Assembly: GCA_964247055.1 (NCBI GenBank)
Contig: OZ176051.1
Location: 4,402,001-4,466,000 of the forward strand
Source: Paragordius varius
Lineage: Eukaryota; Animalia; Nematomorpha
Length of the DNA stretch: 64,000 nucleotides
Reading direction: 5' to 3'
Shown here piece after piece: positions 11,610 to 24,761 of the stretch. The position numbers and the translations under genes were made by a program. Numbering within the stretch: the first letter of the stretch is position 1; each line of letters opens with the position of its first letter. Below the pieces are notes generated by a model. That model had not been told where the DNA came from and ran no database searches. It saw only the letters and a program-made list of their open reading frames with translations.

Positions 11610-13758
11610 CCTCAATCTTTTGAAAATTTATGCATTTTCAAGGGCGGAAAGTTAAGCTTATAAAATAAACTGTATCATTTGAATAAAAAGTTATTCATAA
11701 GTTTTCGTGACCATCAAAACCAAGTAACAATTAATTACCTAAGATACTATTTTTTGGGGGTGGTAAACCATTATTGTTGCTATTAGTATTGTTTCCGACG
11801 CTCCCATTGTGATTTAAAATTATATTATTACGAGTTGGTGGTATATTCAATAACTGATGATGAGCATTCATAAAAGGCAAATGTAATGGCGGTTGTTGTG
11901 CGAACGAAATTAGATTGGATCCTTTCAAAGCATTGGCTGAACTTTAATAAATATATATATATATGATGTAAAAAAATAAATTTGTTAAAATGTTTTATTG
12001 TGTTATAATAATTCAAAGTGTAGTGAAACCAAAAAGCGTATGTACTGATGGGAATAAAAACACTCGTTTTTTCTAAACCCTTTTTGGTTATGATACAACT
12101 TTTTCTCAGATATTTTATTATCTTGTATAAATTACTTTTTAACCTTTTTTTAAACTTCTAAAAAATATATATGTATACTCGTTAGTACCACTCAAAGACA
12201 AATTGTCACCCAGTGTCATATTATTATTATTATTCTGTATACCGCCAGCAAATGTTGAAACGGAGTTGTTGTTAACACCATTATTGTGATTTAGGAGGTA
12301 GAAATCATTCAAATTTTCTTTCATCACATTATTATTATTTGTTAATGATTTCAAAAAGTGAGGTGGTGGCGGTACATTGCTACTTAAGTTATTATTAAAC
12401 GACATTGTAGATTGGTAGGGCAATCCGGCTCCTCCAGTAAAAAAATCCATTGAATTAAGCGATAAAAAGTGTGGGGGAGGGGGCATTGGGGGTAGATTCA
12501 ATAGAGTCGTCGTAACATTAGTAGTAATTGTAGACAAATTCCCATTCGACATGTCATCTAAAGTATTGTTGACCATATCGGGCATGTGGACAGTACTATA
12601 TAATATTAAACACCTTTTTGTGAAATATGTAAAAAAATCTTTCACAGGACATATCATTTTTTCAATTAGGAAAAAAAACTCTCGTGTTGTATTTTTTTTA
12701 AATTTAATTGAAAAAAACGCATTTAAATAATATATATGCAAGTTTCGTTATAAATCAGAATCTGATTATATTTCATTTTATTAAGGTAGTTTATCCTTTT
12801 TGTCAATTTTTATACAAACACAACTATTTAAAAAGTATATATATTTTTATGTTAGGTAATTACCCCTTAATCAAATTCATGTTTTGTAGATATGCATTTT
12901 TCATATTCTGTCCATTCCCTCCAATATTATTCATATTATTGATTGGTGTGGTCTTATCATTATCTCGTTTGTTATTGACTCCTACTTTTATATTACTGCT
13001 ATTGCTATGGCTATTATTTAACATAAATTGGTCCATGGTATTTAAAAAAGAAGCCCCATGCTGTGAATTATTTCCAGGAATATTTCCTTGTAAAGGTGAT
13101 AAATTTACAACATTACCCAAATTTTCAGTTTTCGTTAAATCCTTTAGTAGCATTGGATTTTTTGGCTCATGAGGAGCATATTTATTAGGCACGTTATTAC
13201 GGTTGTTAGGGGCATGTAAAGCATTAAAATTATTATTATTGATATTATTTAGCGAATTATTATGGTGTTGATGATTTGATAAACCAGCGGTTCGAAGGGG
13301 AAATGGACTCACCTAAAAAATGGTTTAATCATATAATTTTTATGGAGTTTGTTTATATTTTAGTAGATTAATTTTGGGGCATTAAATTTTTGATAATAGT
13401 TAAAAAATAATACATATATATACCATTAACTTTATTTAGATCATTACTACTTAAATTATTAAAACATAAAAATGCCTGTGCATCTACCATAATATTATAT
13501 TTTTAATATGTAATTTAAAATAAAAATACAATCTAATTTAAATTATTTTTTATATCATGTTAGTTTTAAAGAATATTTCCTTTTTTATAAATATCAAAAA
13601 ATATAAGCAAATTATTTTAGTATTATGGAAAAAGCAAAAGAATAAATAAATAATCCATCAATATCCAAAAAATCGAGTGAATTTTTTTATCAAGTTTAAT
13701 TGGATATTTAATAAAACGAGGTTAAAAAGAGTCTACACAAATTTGTAAACTTATAATG

Positions 13759-13795
<37 letters not shown>

Positions 13796-16700
13796 TACCT
13801 TGTTACCATCGGATCCAGTTTTATTCGTAACATCTATAAAAAAATAAATTTTTAAATACTAACCAATTTAATAAAGCATCACGATTTTTAAATAAATAAA
13901 TATTTACCAGATTTAAGTCCCCCCAAAGAAGAATTCGAATTAAAGTTATGGTTGACATGCTATATAAGATATTTATAAATTAATTATTGTGGAATTATTT
14001 TATAATAAATATTTATCGCTAGAAATGTTGAAAAAAAAATAATTTACCATAGGTGGTAAAGTTCCTAATCCATTTGCTGCATTCAATGTTGCTAAAATAT
14101 ATTGTGTATAAAATCGTAAAAAAATATGATAAAAATGGGTGATGGGTATAGATTTTTTTAACATTTAAAATTCAATATCATTCATAAAATAAGGCAAAAA
14201 AGGTAAACCAATAACTATATCATAGATAAACCATGTTTCATGCAAATAAATTAAATTTTTTAATTAAAGACAACCATTCTTTATATAAGGCAACAATTTC
14301 TGTTTTGAACTAACTTTTTCATTCAAGTTTTTACTTAAACTAAAGCGTAAAAAAACCTATTTTGCCCTTTTCCAACATCGTGTTACTGATGTTATTATTG
14401 TTAGGATCCATTAAAACTGAATTCATCATGCCAGGTAAAAGTTGATTCATAAAATACGCATTATTTGGAATATTTGAGGTACTGTTTGCCCCTATAAAAT
14501 TTGTCGAAACCATATTATTAGATGGTATCAAGTTTTGATAATTACCCAAATTTAAATTTGCCATAATGGGTTGTTTGTTCGCTAAACCGGTAGATGATAC
14601 TAAAAATACAGTAAAAATGGAAAATATTTAAACATTTCATAAAAAAACAAAAACAACCATATAGTTTAAAGGTGTTGTTAATTAAGGAATCGATTGGAAT
14701 TGGTAAATCACTCAGTTTATACCATTTTGTAATTATGTTGAAAATACAATGTTTAAAAGAGCTTCAGTTTTGTCTTTTAAATATTAATTATCTAACCATA
14801 ACAATCAAGCAAGTTAAAACACTGAAAATTTAACATGCGAACATTTTTTCAAAATCAGAAAATGATGACAAAATAATGATTTAAATAAAAAGGAAGAATG
14901 AATTCCTTCTTTTGTAAAATTAAATTGGTGTGGTTTATACCATTCGTATAATTAACGTCATTTTGCTGGTGTGTAGCCAAGATTTGGGAATTATTTTGTT
15001 GATGTTGTTGTTGATTTAAGATATGTAAGGAGTTTGTAAATTGGAAAAAGTCAAGGGGGAGACATTTAAATATTTGGCAATGTTCTTCAAACGTGTATGA
15101 AGTGGGCGGTAAAGATGGACCCGATCCTGCCTCCTAATAAAACGTAATAAAATAAAATTTATGAGTATAAGGATTATTTTCTGCATAGTAAGCGATATTT
15201 ATAGAATTAGAGTTATTAAACTTGTAACAACGTAGATTTTAAAATGTTATATTTCTGTTTAATACATTTCTGAAAGAAATTGATTTAAAACGATAATGCA
15301 AAAAGTTTTTTACGTTTAATAACTTATTTAATTTTCCATTCAACTTAATATTTATCCAAAAAAATAATGTATGAAAAATTATCTTACATAAAACGATATT
15401 TGAGGTGGTATGGGTTGGCCCATCATATTATATGTTGTTTGATGTGAAGGTTGATTTTCAAGTGTCGGTATTGATTGTTGCACGGGTACAGTCATTTGTG
15501 ATTTATTGTTGTAATTTAGCTGGTTAGTTGTCGTAATCGAATTTAACGTATTTATATGGCGGCCATTATTAATATAATCATTATTTGTTGGTAATGAATT
15601 TCTTTTATCATTATTGGTATTAAACTTTGTTGGGTGGTTGTCGGTTTCCATTGTTTTTAGTACATTTTGGGGTATTTTATTGGGCTGTAGGTTCAAAGTT
15701 GTGTTGACTATAGAAAATAATGTAAATATAATAAACAGTTAAAAAATAAATCGTGTTTTTATATGTATTTAAAAGATTAATTTAATTTAAAACCACCTGA
15801 AAACCAGCTCATGGGTGTTTTAAAATGCCAAAATTTATTGAATGTATACAAAATGTTAACAAAGTATGTAAGCTTACTATCAAAAGGACCAATGCCTAAA
15901 AATGATTGAAAATCAAAAAATGAATTTTAGATTGGTAATAAATAAAAAATTGGTTAAATGGATATTTAAAGCGAAAATCACAGTTTACAAAAAAGTTTTT
16001 TTTATAAAACTTCTCGTTACTAATATGCGATATTTAAATCCGATTTATTTTAGCCATAAAAATATATGATACATAATCATTGGGGTAAATTGCGTAAAGT
16101 GTAAGTTTTATTACCGTTGTTTATAGATTCCGAATTAGCTTGCAGATTATCCTCTTTAAAATCTGTCCCAAATATTTTTCCCAATGAAATAGGTATTCTA
16201 TATTGATTATAATTAATAAATATTAAAATATAATAACTCTTTCTACACGCAAATAAAAAAATATATTACGTTGCATTTATAGGCGCTAGTACATTAGTTG
16301 TTGATATAGAAATTTTAGATTGTGAGATAGGGCGGTTGGAATTCGTCTCAGGCAAACAATCTTTTCCCGTATTACAAGCGGGTTGTCCAATATTTTTGCC
16401 ATTAGTATATTCATTTTGGTCAAATCCAAATTCATTGTTTGTTGAAATTTTTGTTGCAATTTTGCCCATTTTATTCGTTGGTGATAAAGCGTTTTTGCTT
16501 GTACTTTTTTCAACATTAATCTCATTTTCATCGTCTTCCTCATCCAAGAAAAATGAAATTCCGCTAAAATCTGAAGCAGGTACCCCAAATTCAAAATTTA
16601 TGGGTAGGGTAGGGATATGCCTGTTATTTGGCATAACCACAGGTATAGTAGGTATCTTGGAGAGGGGCGGTAACTTTGGTAGGGTATATGATGCATTTTG

Positions 16701-19277
16701 TTCCTCATTATTAACATTTACTACTTGTGTTGCTATAGAGTGTGTAATAGTGTTAGAACCTACTACTATATTAGGATTAGTATTATTGTTAAGGAGACCA
16801 ATTCCTAGGGCATTTTTAATGGTTTCAGTTGCCTTACATGATTTAAGGTATGTTGGGACACTTCCTACTACTAGAGTATTTTCAACAAATGACGAGGCTG
16901 GTTTGACGCTATTGTCATTATATTCTTTAGAATGATGATTCTTTGTACGTAATGAGTGTGTGGTATCATCCGAACTGTGAATAAAAAACAATTTTTTTTA
17001 AATACATAAAAAACCGAAATTTGTGGTTGAAAATCAATTTTTGGTGTCTAGCTCCGGTTAATTTGTGTTTAAATAGCTAAAATTCAGTTGAATTTTTTTT
17101 ACATCATACCGTGAGTATATATAGCCTAAAAATATGTATGGTGTGGTATTTTTTACCAATAAGTGTAAAAAATCTTTTAATATCAAATAAAAAGTCTATT
17201 TAAAATAGGGTCAACAGTATATTAAATATTAAAAAAAATCAAAAATTTGTACTTTTTTGGCATCGTTTTAAACCGACAATCTCTGATACCAGTTTTTATA
17301 AATTCAAAAATATTTTTTATAAAGAAAAAAAAAACATAAATAAATCTTACCTTAAAACTACACTAGATGATTGGGTCGAACTGAAGGAATCACTTTTAAA
17401 ACGCCGAAAATTTGCCGATTTATCTTGTGGTATTTGGGCCTTCCATTCTCCAATCTCATTCCAGTTGTTTTGCGTTAAATCTACATACACAAAAAAATAT
17501 ATAGGTTATCTTTACCCCCTTATCAATTTATATTTTGATTTCTTAAAAGTATCAAGAAATATTATTTAGAATGTCATCCCAATTTTGAGTTAAATTTAGT
17601 TATACACATAAAAATAGATGGTTTAAAATATATTAACTTTGGGATCATTTTGTTTATTACTTCCTAATAATTTTAAATTAGTTTCTAATTAAAAATATGG
17701 ATGATAATGGAAAGACTTAAACATCTGTAATCTTAAAGTTAAGGCGTATTTAATTTGGGGAAATGCTTAGGCCTATAATCTTTTAACATTTACAACGATT
17801 GAAAGAAAATACCCTAAAATGTATTCCAACATAAAAAATTGATATAAATATACTACCATTTTTGCTGATTGGTTCATCTGTGCCATTTTCGGGTGACTTT
17901 GATTTATAATGAAAATTATTATTTGTATTTGGATGCTGTTTGCGAAACATTGGCCGATTTCCATGGTTTGAAAAATATGCCCCACGTCCTCTGTTAACAT
18001 ATCTAACATGTGAATATTAGACGTTAAAAAGAGGAATTTATGATTAAATTATATATGAATTACGATAAATACGCATATTATATAAAAAATTACCTTTTGT
18101 TTTGATGTGTGGGATGATATGGTGGCCGTTTTTCGTCCTTTTCGTTCGACATTTTTGATTCTGTCTCGCAAAGATCTATAAAAACAATGTTTGGTTTGAT
18201 TAATTGAAATATAAATAAAGTTTTTCATAATGAAGTGCGTTCTCTATAAGGAGCTCTTATAACTAGTTTATAAAAACTTTTTTTGTTTTTAATAAAATTC
18301 TAAGTTTAAAGTTGTGGAAGTTTCTAAGTTGAATATTGTACTCATAATAATAAGAAAAAAATATTATATTAAAACTTTATTTTTATATTTTTCAAAAGAA
18401 TCATAATGTGGCCATATAAAATTAGGTTTATTTTTTTAAATAATTTTTATACTGTTGGTTTCTTGCGGAGCATTCATCCTTGAAAGTTCTGTTTTGCTCC
18501 TAAATCCATTTTGATTTCTTCTTACGGATGTTGAAAATTCCCTTGTACCTTTTGTGAATTTATGCTTTACTCTAGGAGCAAAAAATTATAAAGGTTAAAT
18601 TAAACAATAAAAATAAAGTGTAAATTTTGAAAAACTACCTAGGCTCGATTTGATCCTTTTTATCGAGTATCTGAGGGTTTTCTTTGCCATCACTTATTTC
18701 CTTTTCCGCCACATTTTTTATTACCTCCGTATTTTGGTTTTGGTTATTTTTTATATCGTCTTTTTTAAGTTTGTCGTTGGTATCTTTTTTAAAAGTGGAT
18801 TTGTCGGCTTTTTTGCTAGAATCAGAATCTCTGTCACCCTTTGTATCCCCATGAGATTTTTTCTTTTTGGTCAAGGTTTTCCATTCACTTTTCTAAAAAA
18901 TTATAATTGATAATTTACCAAGGAAGTATAACTGGTAAATGATTCAAGCAACATGTTAACTGCTCTATTTACATCATTATCGGCATCGTGTAAGGCAAAA
19001 ACAGCTTCATCGCTTGTTTTATTGGTCAACTCCATAACTTGTTTAATTTTGTTTTTAAGATTATTATCTTCATCCTTTGTTTTCCGTTCCAAATCCGTAT
19101 AAAATGCATTTTCGGTCGACTAAATTATAAATATTAATATTAAAAAATATTTTTAAATTAAATTATTTAACATTAAAGAGATATTATTCACACCTTTTTA
19201 GAAGGATAAGTATTCACCGACTTGTATGTTGACATTATTTCATGAAATTTATTAGGAACAGCGAGCAATAGGCTCAT
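10175..19277 (-). CDS. UBAP2L: UBAP2/UBAP2L/lingerer-like protein, 20 exons, about 1297 aa
   Basis: Exons: 19218-19277, 18919-19119, 18639-18892, 18453-18571, 18094-18175, 17857-18002, 17351-17480, 16270-16974, 16115-16197, 15388-15707, 14941-15133, 14357-14599, 14048-14091, 13908-13959, 13799-13833, 12864-13312, 12189-12595, 11739-11936, 11365-11457, 10175-10254. All introns are GT-AG and phase-compatible; total 3894 nt, open to TGA. Family motifs recognised from memory: UBA-like KIKQVMELTNKTSDEAVFALHDADNDVNRAVNMLLE, then EWKTLTKKKK, RGRG, VVMP..NFEFG, YTFEEHCQIFKCLPLDFF and a C-terminal LYWNQGN*. Some boundaries in the low-complexity half are less certain. Confidence 0.88.
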
Positions 19278-19416
19278 CACATTAATTAAATGATATATTT
19301 ATATATACAATATTTACAAGAATAAATGCGAATAATAATAAAAAAATTATAAACTAAAAATTAAAACAATGCACCGCCATTAATGAATGTATGTAAAACA
19401 TTAATCCATTATTTAA

Positions 19417-19967
19417 ACTTGGATTTTAGTCCTTCAATTCAAATTGGGGTAGTTAAATACCCCAGACCTGTTTATTAAATAATTTAAAAAAATAGAAGGA
19501 ATCAAAACCATGGCAAAATTTTGCACCTATATAAAATTGATAAACCGAAATATATAAAAAAATTTATTCAAAAATACTTAAATTTTTTTAATGTAAAACC
19601 CAAAGGTAGAAATTTAGTTTATGTAACATATGTGCATTGGTTAAATTGAATAATAATACAAATTAAACCTTTCTATTTGTATCAATGTTAGATGTAATTA
19701 TAATAAGAAATAAGCTTTAACTGTAAAGTTTGAATCAAATAACGTGATATTTTGCATAATAGTAAAATAAAAATGACGTCCAAGTAGTTTGACATGGAAC
19801 TTTTCTTTTTCAAAACAAAATTCTATTTAGATATTTTGGCTTTTTTATATATTATTTATTAGGATGAAAGCATAAATATAAATTGGGACAGTTTTCTTCG
19901 GTAGTTTTTTAGAAATATCGATTTTATTTTAGTTTGGGGTATTTAGATACCCCAATTTGAAACGATG
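19417..19967 (+). mobile_element. piggyBac-like MITE copy just upstream of the UBAP2L-like start (duplicate at 37372-37922)
   Basis: Same internal sequence and subterminal repeats; left TTAA intact, right end degenerate. Confidence 0.65.
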
Positions 19968-20149
19968 TTATAATATACGACAGTAAATTACATACATATA
20001 AAATTTGAAAAATAATATTATACCAAAACATAAGCTAACATTATGTTTTTCAAACATTTATTGATTACTTTTTTGCTTTTTTAAATTCTATTCTATTTTA
20101 AGAAACCTTATCAACACCATTATTTTCTCACTTTTTGTCCTGGTTTGTG

Positions 20150-23100
20150 ATTGATGTGTATAACACCCAAAACCTGAATATTGTCAACATAGTCATTATT
20201 ATCAAACATTGCATGTATTAGATATAAAAGCTAATATTTGTACGGTTTTGTGTAGAGATTAAAAATGGGGCAGCTCCAAAACACGATAGAAACGAACATC
20301 TAATATTGAAATATAATATATCAAATTTTTCTTTTAAAATGTAGCTTGAAATTATTAGATTATTTACATTTTTAATCTCCATACACATTTATTTGCCTGT
20401 TGCATTAGAAATATAAAATTTGTGGAAAAAAAGGCGGCAAAAAGGTTATCGGGATTTTTAGTTATAAATTAAAAAAATATTTTTTGTATAATGCGCCTAA
20501 AGGTTAAAAAAGCATGTTTTTTCATTTAAATATCTTTACTTTTTGGAATATTCAAACTTCATATCGCTTTGGTATATAATTTAACCTTAATATTCCATTA
20601 CCTTTGGGGGTATACAGAGCGATTTTATGTTTGAATATCCCAAAAATATTTTTGGTATATATCAAATTAGAAACATGCTTACTTTAGCCTTTTAGGTGAT
20701 AAAATAATTTTCACTTAAAAATGTAAATTTTAAAAAAATCAGCACTTTTTTGCCGCCATTTCAATTTTATAAAATCAACATAGCCACAAGGATATTATTA
20801 TGGTTAGAATTTATAAATAATTAACTTTAAAGAGCTTTCAGGCTACATTTTTCGGAAAGATTTTAATATCGGATGCTCCTTTCAATCGTGTTTTGGAGAT
20901 GTTCCAATTTTAGACTCTAGTCACTAAAATAACATTTAAAACAGTTGTTTGTTTACATATTGACCTTTGGGATATAAAAACTGCCCTTATAAGGTAAACA
21001 AGGACAAAAAATTAAAAGGTAATGTAGTGCTAAATGATAATGGAGTGTTAAAATCAAAAATAAATTATATTTTTTATTTGAGATTATTTAACACTTCGTT
21101 TCCTTTTGGAGTAGTTTTAAAAGCGAATATTGAATTTTTAAAATTAATTAAGGTATTCCTTTGTTTTAACACTTGGATATAACACATTCATTTTATTCAT
21201 CCGATTCAAATTGGGGTAGTTGGATACCTCGATCCTGTTTAAAATTAAATACTCCAAAAAACATGGATTGGAAACCATGGCATTTTATGAATGAAAATAT
21301 AATTAAAAATCATTGGAAAATATTTGATATTACTTATTTTAGGGTAAAACCCAAATGTTAAAAATTAGTCAACATGACATGTGTGCATTACAAAATTTAA
21401 AAAATAATATAAAATACACCACTTTTTCTATTTCTATAATGTTAGTGAATTAAATAAAATTGGCTTAAAATTTAGCTTTAAAATTAAATAAACTAGATAT
21501 TTTGCAAGAACATATTTACATTTCTATTTTTTCATACTTTGCAATTTTAAACAAAAATGGCGTCCTTTTTTACAAAACTAAATTTTATTTAAATATTTTG
21601 GCTTATTTATATAATTTTCATCAGGATAGAAGCATAAATTTAAAATGGGCCTGTTTTTTTATTACTTTTAATATTTCGTCTAGGGTATTTAGGTACCTCA
21701 ATTTGAACTGAAGTGTTAAAACTGGTTTTTTAGCTTTTGCGCATTATACAAAAAATTTAAAACAAAGTAAAATTGTAAAAAATCCTCATCTCAAATTTTT
21801 CCGCCATTTTTTTCTATTAATTTTTTTAACACTTCCCTACCTTTTCATATTTTGTCCTAATTTACATTTTGTTTAGTTTTATATCCCAAAGCTCAAAATT
21901 ATAGTTGTAAAAGTTATTTTGTTAAAATTTAATTATCAAACAGTTCTTATGTTTAAGATAAAAAAATTACGGTTTTGTGACTTCAATAGTCTGTAGGACA
22001 GCTCCAAACGATTGAAACTAACAGATGATATTAAAATCATAATATATCAAGTTTTTGCTGGTAATATGTGGCATGTATTTTTAAAGTTAATTATTTACAT
22101 TCAGTAACCATAATTTACATTTATATTCCTGTTGCATTCGCGATTTAAAAAATTTATAGAAAAAAATAGCATCAATAAGATGATGATTTTTTTACAATTT
22201 TACTTTTTTTAAACAATTTTTAGTATAATACGCCTATAAAGCTAAAGAGGGCATATGTTAAATTAGGCTTAATATCTTAAATACTTTTTACGATATTCAA
22301 ATTTCAAATCGCTTTGGGATATAAAACCAACTCAAAGGGTATTGGAATGTTACAATCGCTAATACAGGCAAATTTATTGTTAGAAAATGTAAATAATTAA
22401 CATTAATTGATTTCAGGCTATATTTTACCAGCAAAAACTTGATACATATTAATTTTAATATCAGCTAATCGTTTGAATCGTGTTTTCGAGTTGTCCCAAT
22501 TTTAGACTCCAGAATTCCCAAAATTAAAATATAAGCATTGTTATCTAATACATTAAATGTTTGATAATTAAATTTTAACTAAAATAACCTTTAAAACTGT
22601 AGTTTATTTACAAAATTGAGCTATGGGATATAAAGCTACACCAATATGTAAACTAGGGTAAAAAAGTTTATAGGTAATAAAGTGTTGTATTATGGGTTAG
22701 TCCTTATCATTTTAAAAAATTGTTTCTGAGCAATAGTAAATAATTTAATTGGTCATTCTTTTTCACAGTAACAAATATATTCCTATTTGCAAAACACTTG
22801 ACAGGATAAATTCACCGGTATTGAACTGGCTAAGGTTATAGAATGCATGTTAACATACATACCCAACAAAAAATAATATTGAAATAACACTTAACCTTTT
22901 AATTTATTTTAATTGATCACCTTTTGGGGTATTTTTGTACTCCAAAGGTGAATTTGTATAACTATTGTTTTAATGGGTTTTGATAAATTTTATTGATTAA
23001 CATTGTCTCTTGTATTTTAGATAAGAAAGCTTATATTTTTACAGTTTCCAAATTATAGTGTACCAAATCTGGATCCCAGATTAAAACAAACCGCTCATTG

Positions 23101-23430
23101 TAAAATAAATATGAAGTATTTGCTAATAAAATGCAAATAAAAAGTCAAAACTTACACAACTTTTTACCATGATCCATTTATTTGCTGTTGCATAGCGATT
23201 TTGAATAATCCAAAAAGGCAGTCCAAAGTTTGAGATGAGGATATTTTTCAATTTTAGATATTGTAAAAAAAATCAGGCGCCCAAAAGGCTAAAGAATGCA
23301 TACTTTTAAATTTGAGCCAATATCAATACCTTTGATGTAGACTTCACCCCAAAACGATTTTGTTTTCGAATAAATTCATGTTTCTTTTGAACCTTTTGGC
23401 TACGAGATCACATTTTTTGGAATATTTACC
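20150..23430. repeat. Cluster of a dispersed repeat family (GCGCCCAAAAGGCTAAAG / CAGCTCCAAAACACGAT motifs) in both orientations; also at about 6600-7090, 8200-8600, 30200-30530, 31200-31540 and 32110-32520
   Basis: Multiple diverged copies visible by eye; element ends not resolved. Confidence 0.55.
21170..21715 (+). mobile_element. TTAA-flanked piggyBac-like MITE, type copy (duplicate at 39125-39670)
   Basis: TTAA|CACTT...AAGTG|TTAA. Subterminal inverted repeat GATTCAAATTGGGGTA..AATACC separated from the ends by asymmetric spacers. Confidence 0.75.
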
Positions 23431-23434
23431 TTAT

Positions 23435-24761
23435 TGTTAATTTGATGAGAAGATAATATAAGAAACGTGAAATGATTTTAATTCGGTTTTTTTTGTGGTT
23501 TATATATACTAATTTTAGGTGTACATTTGCATTATAACAATAAAATTTCAAGTAACAAAGGATATATTATTTACATAGTACCAAAAAATATAAAAATAAT
23601 ACAATTCAAATCTCACAAAAATTATGATATACAACCAAAGTATATATTTCATATTTGCATGTAACATCAAATCTCACAGAAAATTATGATATACAACCAA
23701 AGTATATACTTCAAATTTGCATGTAACATCACTTCACTCTTAGGGGAAATAATACTAGTTTGAATGATAATACATGTTTTGGGTGTGTCGACGAATGTTT
23801 GCATAAGGTACATCATAGTTTGAAAGATAACATCACGTGTTGTGTGTCGACGAATCATTTAATCTATGCCTCACTCCATCCTGGACCATTTCTTGTTAAA
23901 CTGGTCCAGTCGCACTGAAATATTATCGGCGCTGTGGGGAATCTGAACGATCTCCTTTTGTAACGGCAAATCCTCTTTGCATTGAAATCGTAGAGGGGTG
24001 TAGCGACTCTTTAGCTCGGCCTGGGGAGGTAGGCGTACTGATCAATCTTGTTAAAAGCTTGTCCGCGCCAATCTAACTTACCCAACCATCAAATGTTGAA
24101 TGATGTGGGAGTCCTCCGCAGCCATTTGTTGATAATGATCCCAGAGTCGCTATAGATTCTTAGCCCGTTCGCTTTCAGTGCACTGGCGGTTGAACATATT
24201 TTTGGCAGTGTTTTTTAATCTACATTAGCGAATTGGTTGGGTTTTCCGCATTTGCAATTGCGGTTCCAGGCGGGACATTTGCTTGGCCCATGAACACTCC
24301 CATAACCCTTGCGCGAATGTGTCAGAGGTTTTGATTGTTGTGATCGATTATAATTATTACCATTGCTATAATTGGTATTATCATTATATTTTTTTTTGAT
24401 GGACATTTTGGTGATATTGGCAATTGACATTGTCATGCTTGTTGCACTTTCTCTCCGAGTTTGGAACCCGGTGGTGTTATGTTAGATTTGTTGTTAGATT
24501 AGTTCGGATTCGCTTGGCTACTAGATGTTAATTTGAAAAGAAGAAAATATAAGAAACGTGAAATGATTTTTATTCGGTTTTTTTGTGGTTTATATATACT
24601 AATTTTAGGTGTACATAATTTGCATTATAACAATAAAATTTCAAGTAACAAAGGATATAATATTTACATAGTACCAAAAAAATATAAAAATAATACAATT
24701 CAAATCTCACAAAAAATTATGATATACAACCAAAGTATATATTTCAAATTTGCATGTAACA
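23435..24761 (-). mobile_element. Internally deleted Ty3/Gypsy-type LTR retrotransposon, 1327 bp (duplicate at 41390-42716)
   Basis: Direct-repeat LTRs at 24526-24761 and 23435-23728 with TGTTA...TAACA ends. Perfect 5-bp TSD CTTAT (23430-34, 24762-66). PBS-like TAGTAGCCAAGCG after the 5' LTR and polypurine AAGAGTGAAGTGA before the 3' LTR. Gag-type knuckle remnant SKCPAWNRNCKCGKPNQFA. Confidence 0.85.

Larger units (their letters stand above)
1..16045 (+). repeat. Direct duplication 1-678 = 15368-16045
   Basis: Matching sequence at offset 15367, ending ...AAATCCGATT at the first gap. Confidence 0.97.

Noticed and set aside
12708-13172. 154-aa plus-strand ORF; also 18650-18910 and 11828-12016
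   Set aside because: Shadows or alternative frames of Asn/Lys-rich exons.
16336-16935. 199-aa plus-strand ORF (also 34291-34890) and the 102-aa ORF at 16286-16594
   Set aside because: Antisense or out-of-frame shadows of the 705-nt UBAP2L-like exon.
21173-21711. Short ORFs within MITEs and LTRs (also 24533-24799, 30583-30771 and their duplicates)
   Set aside because: They lie in non-coding repeat copies; alternative starts, no homology, not conserved in sister copies.
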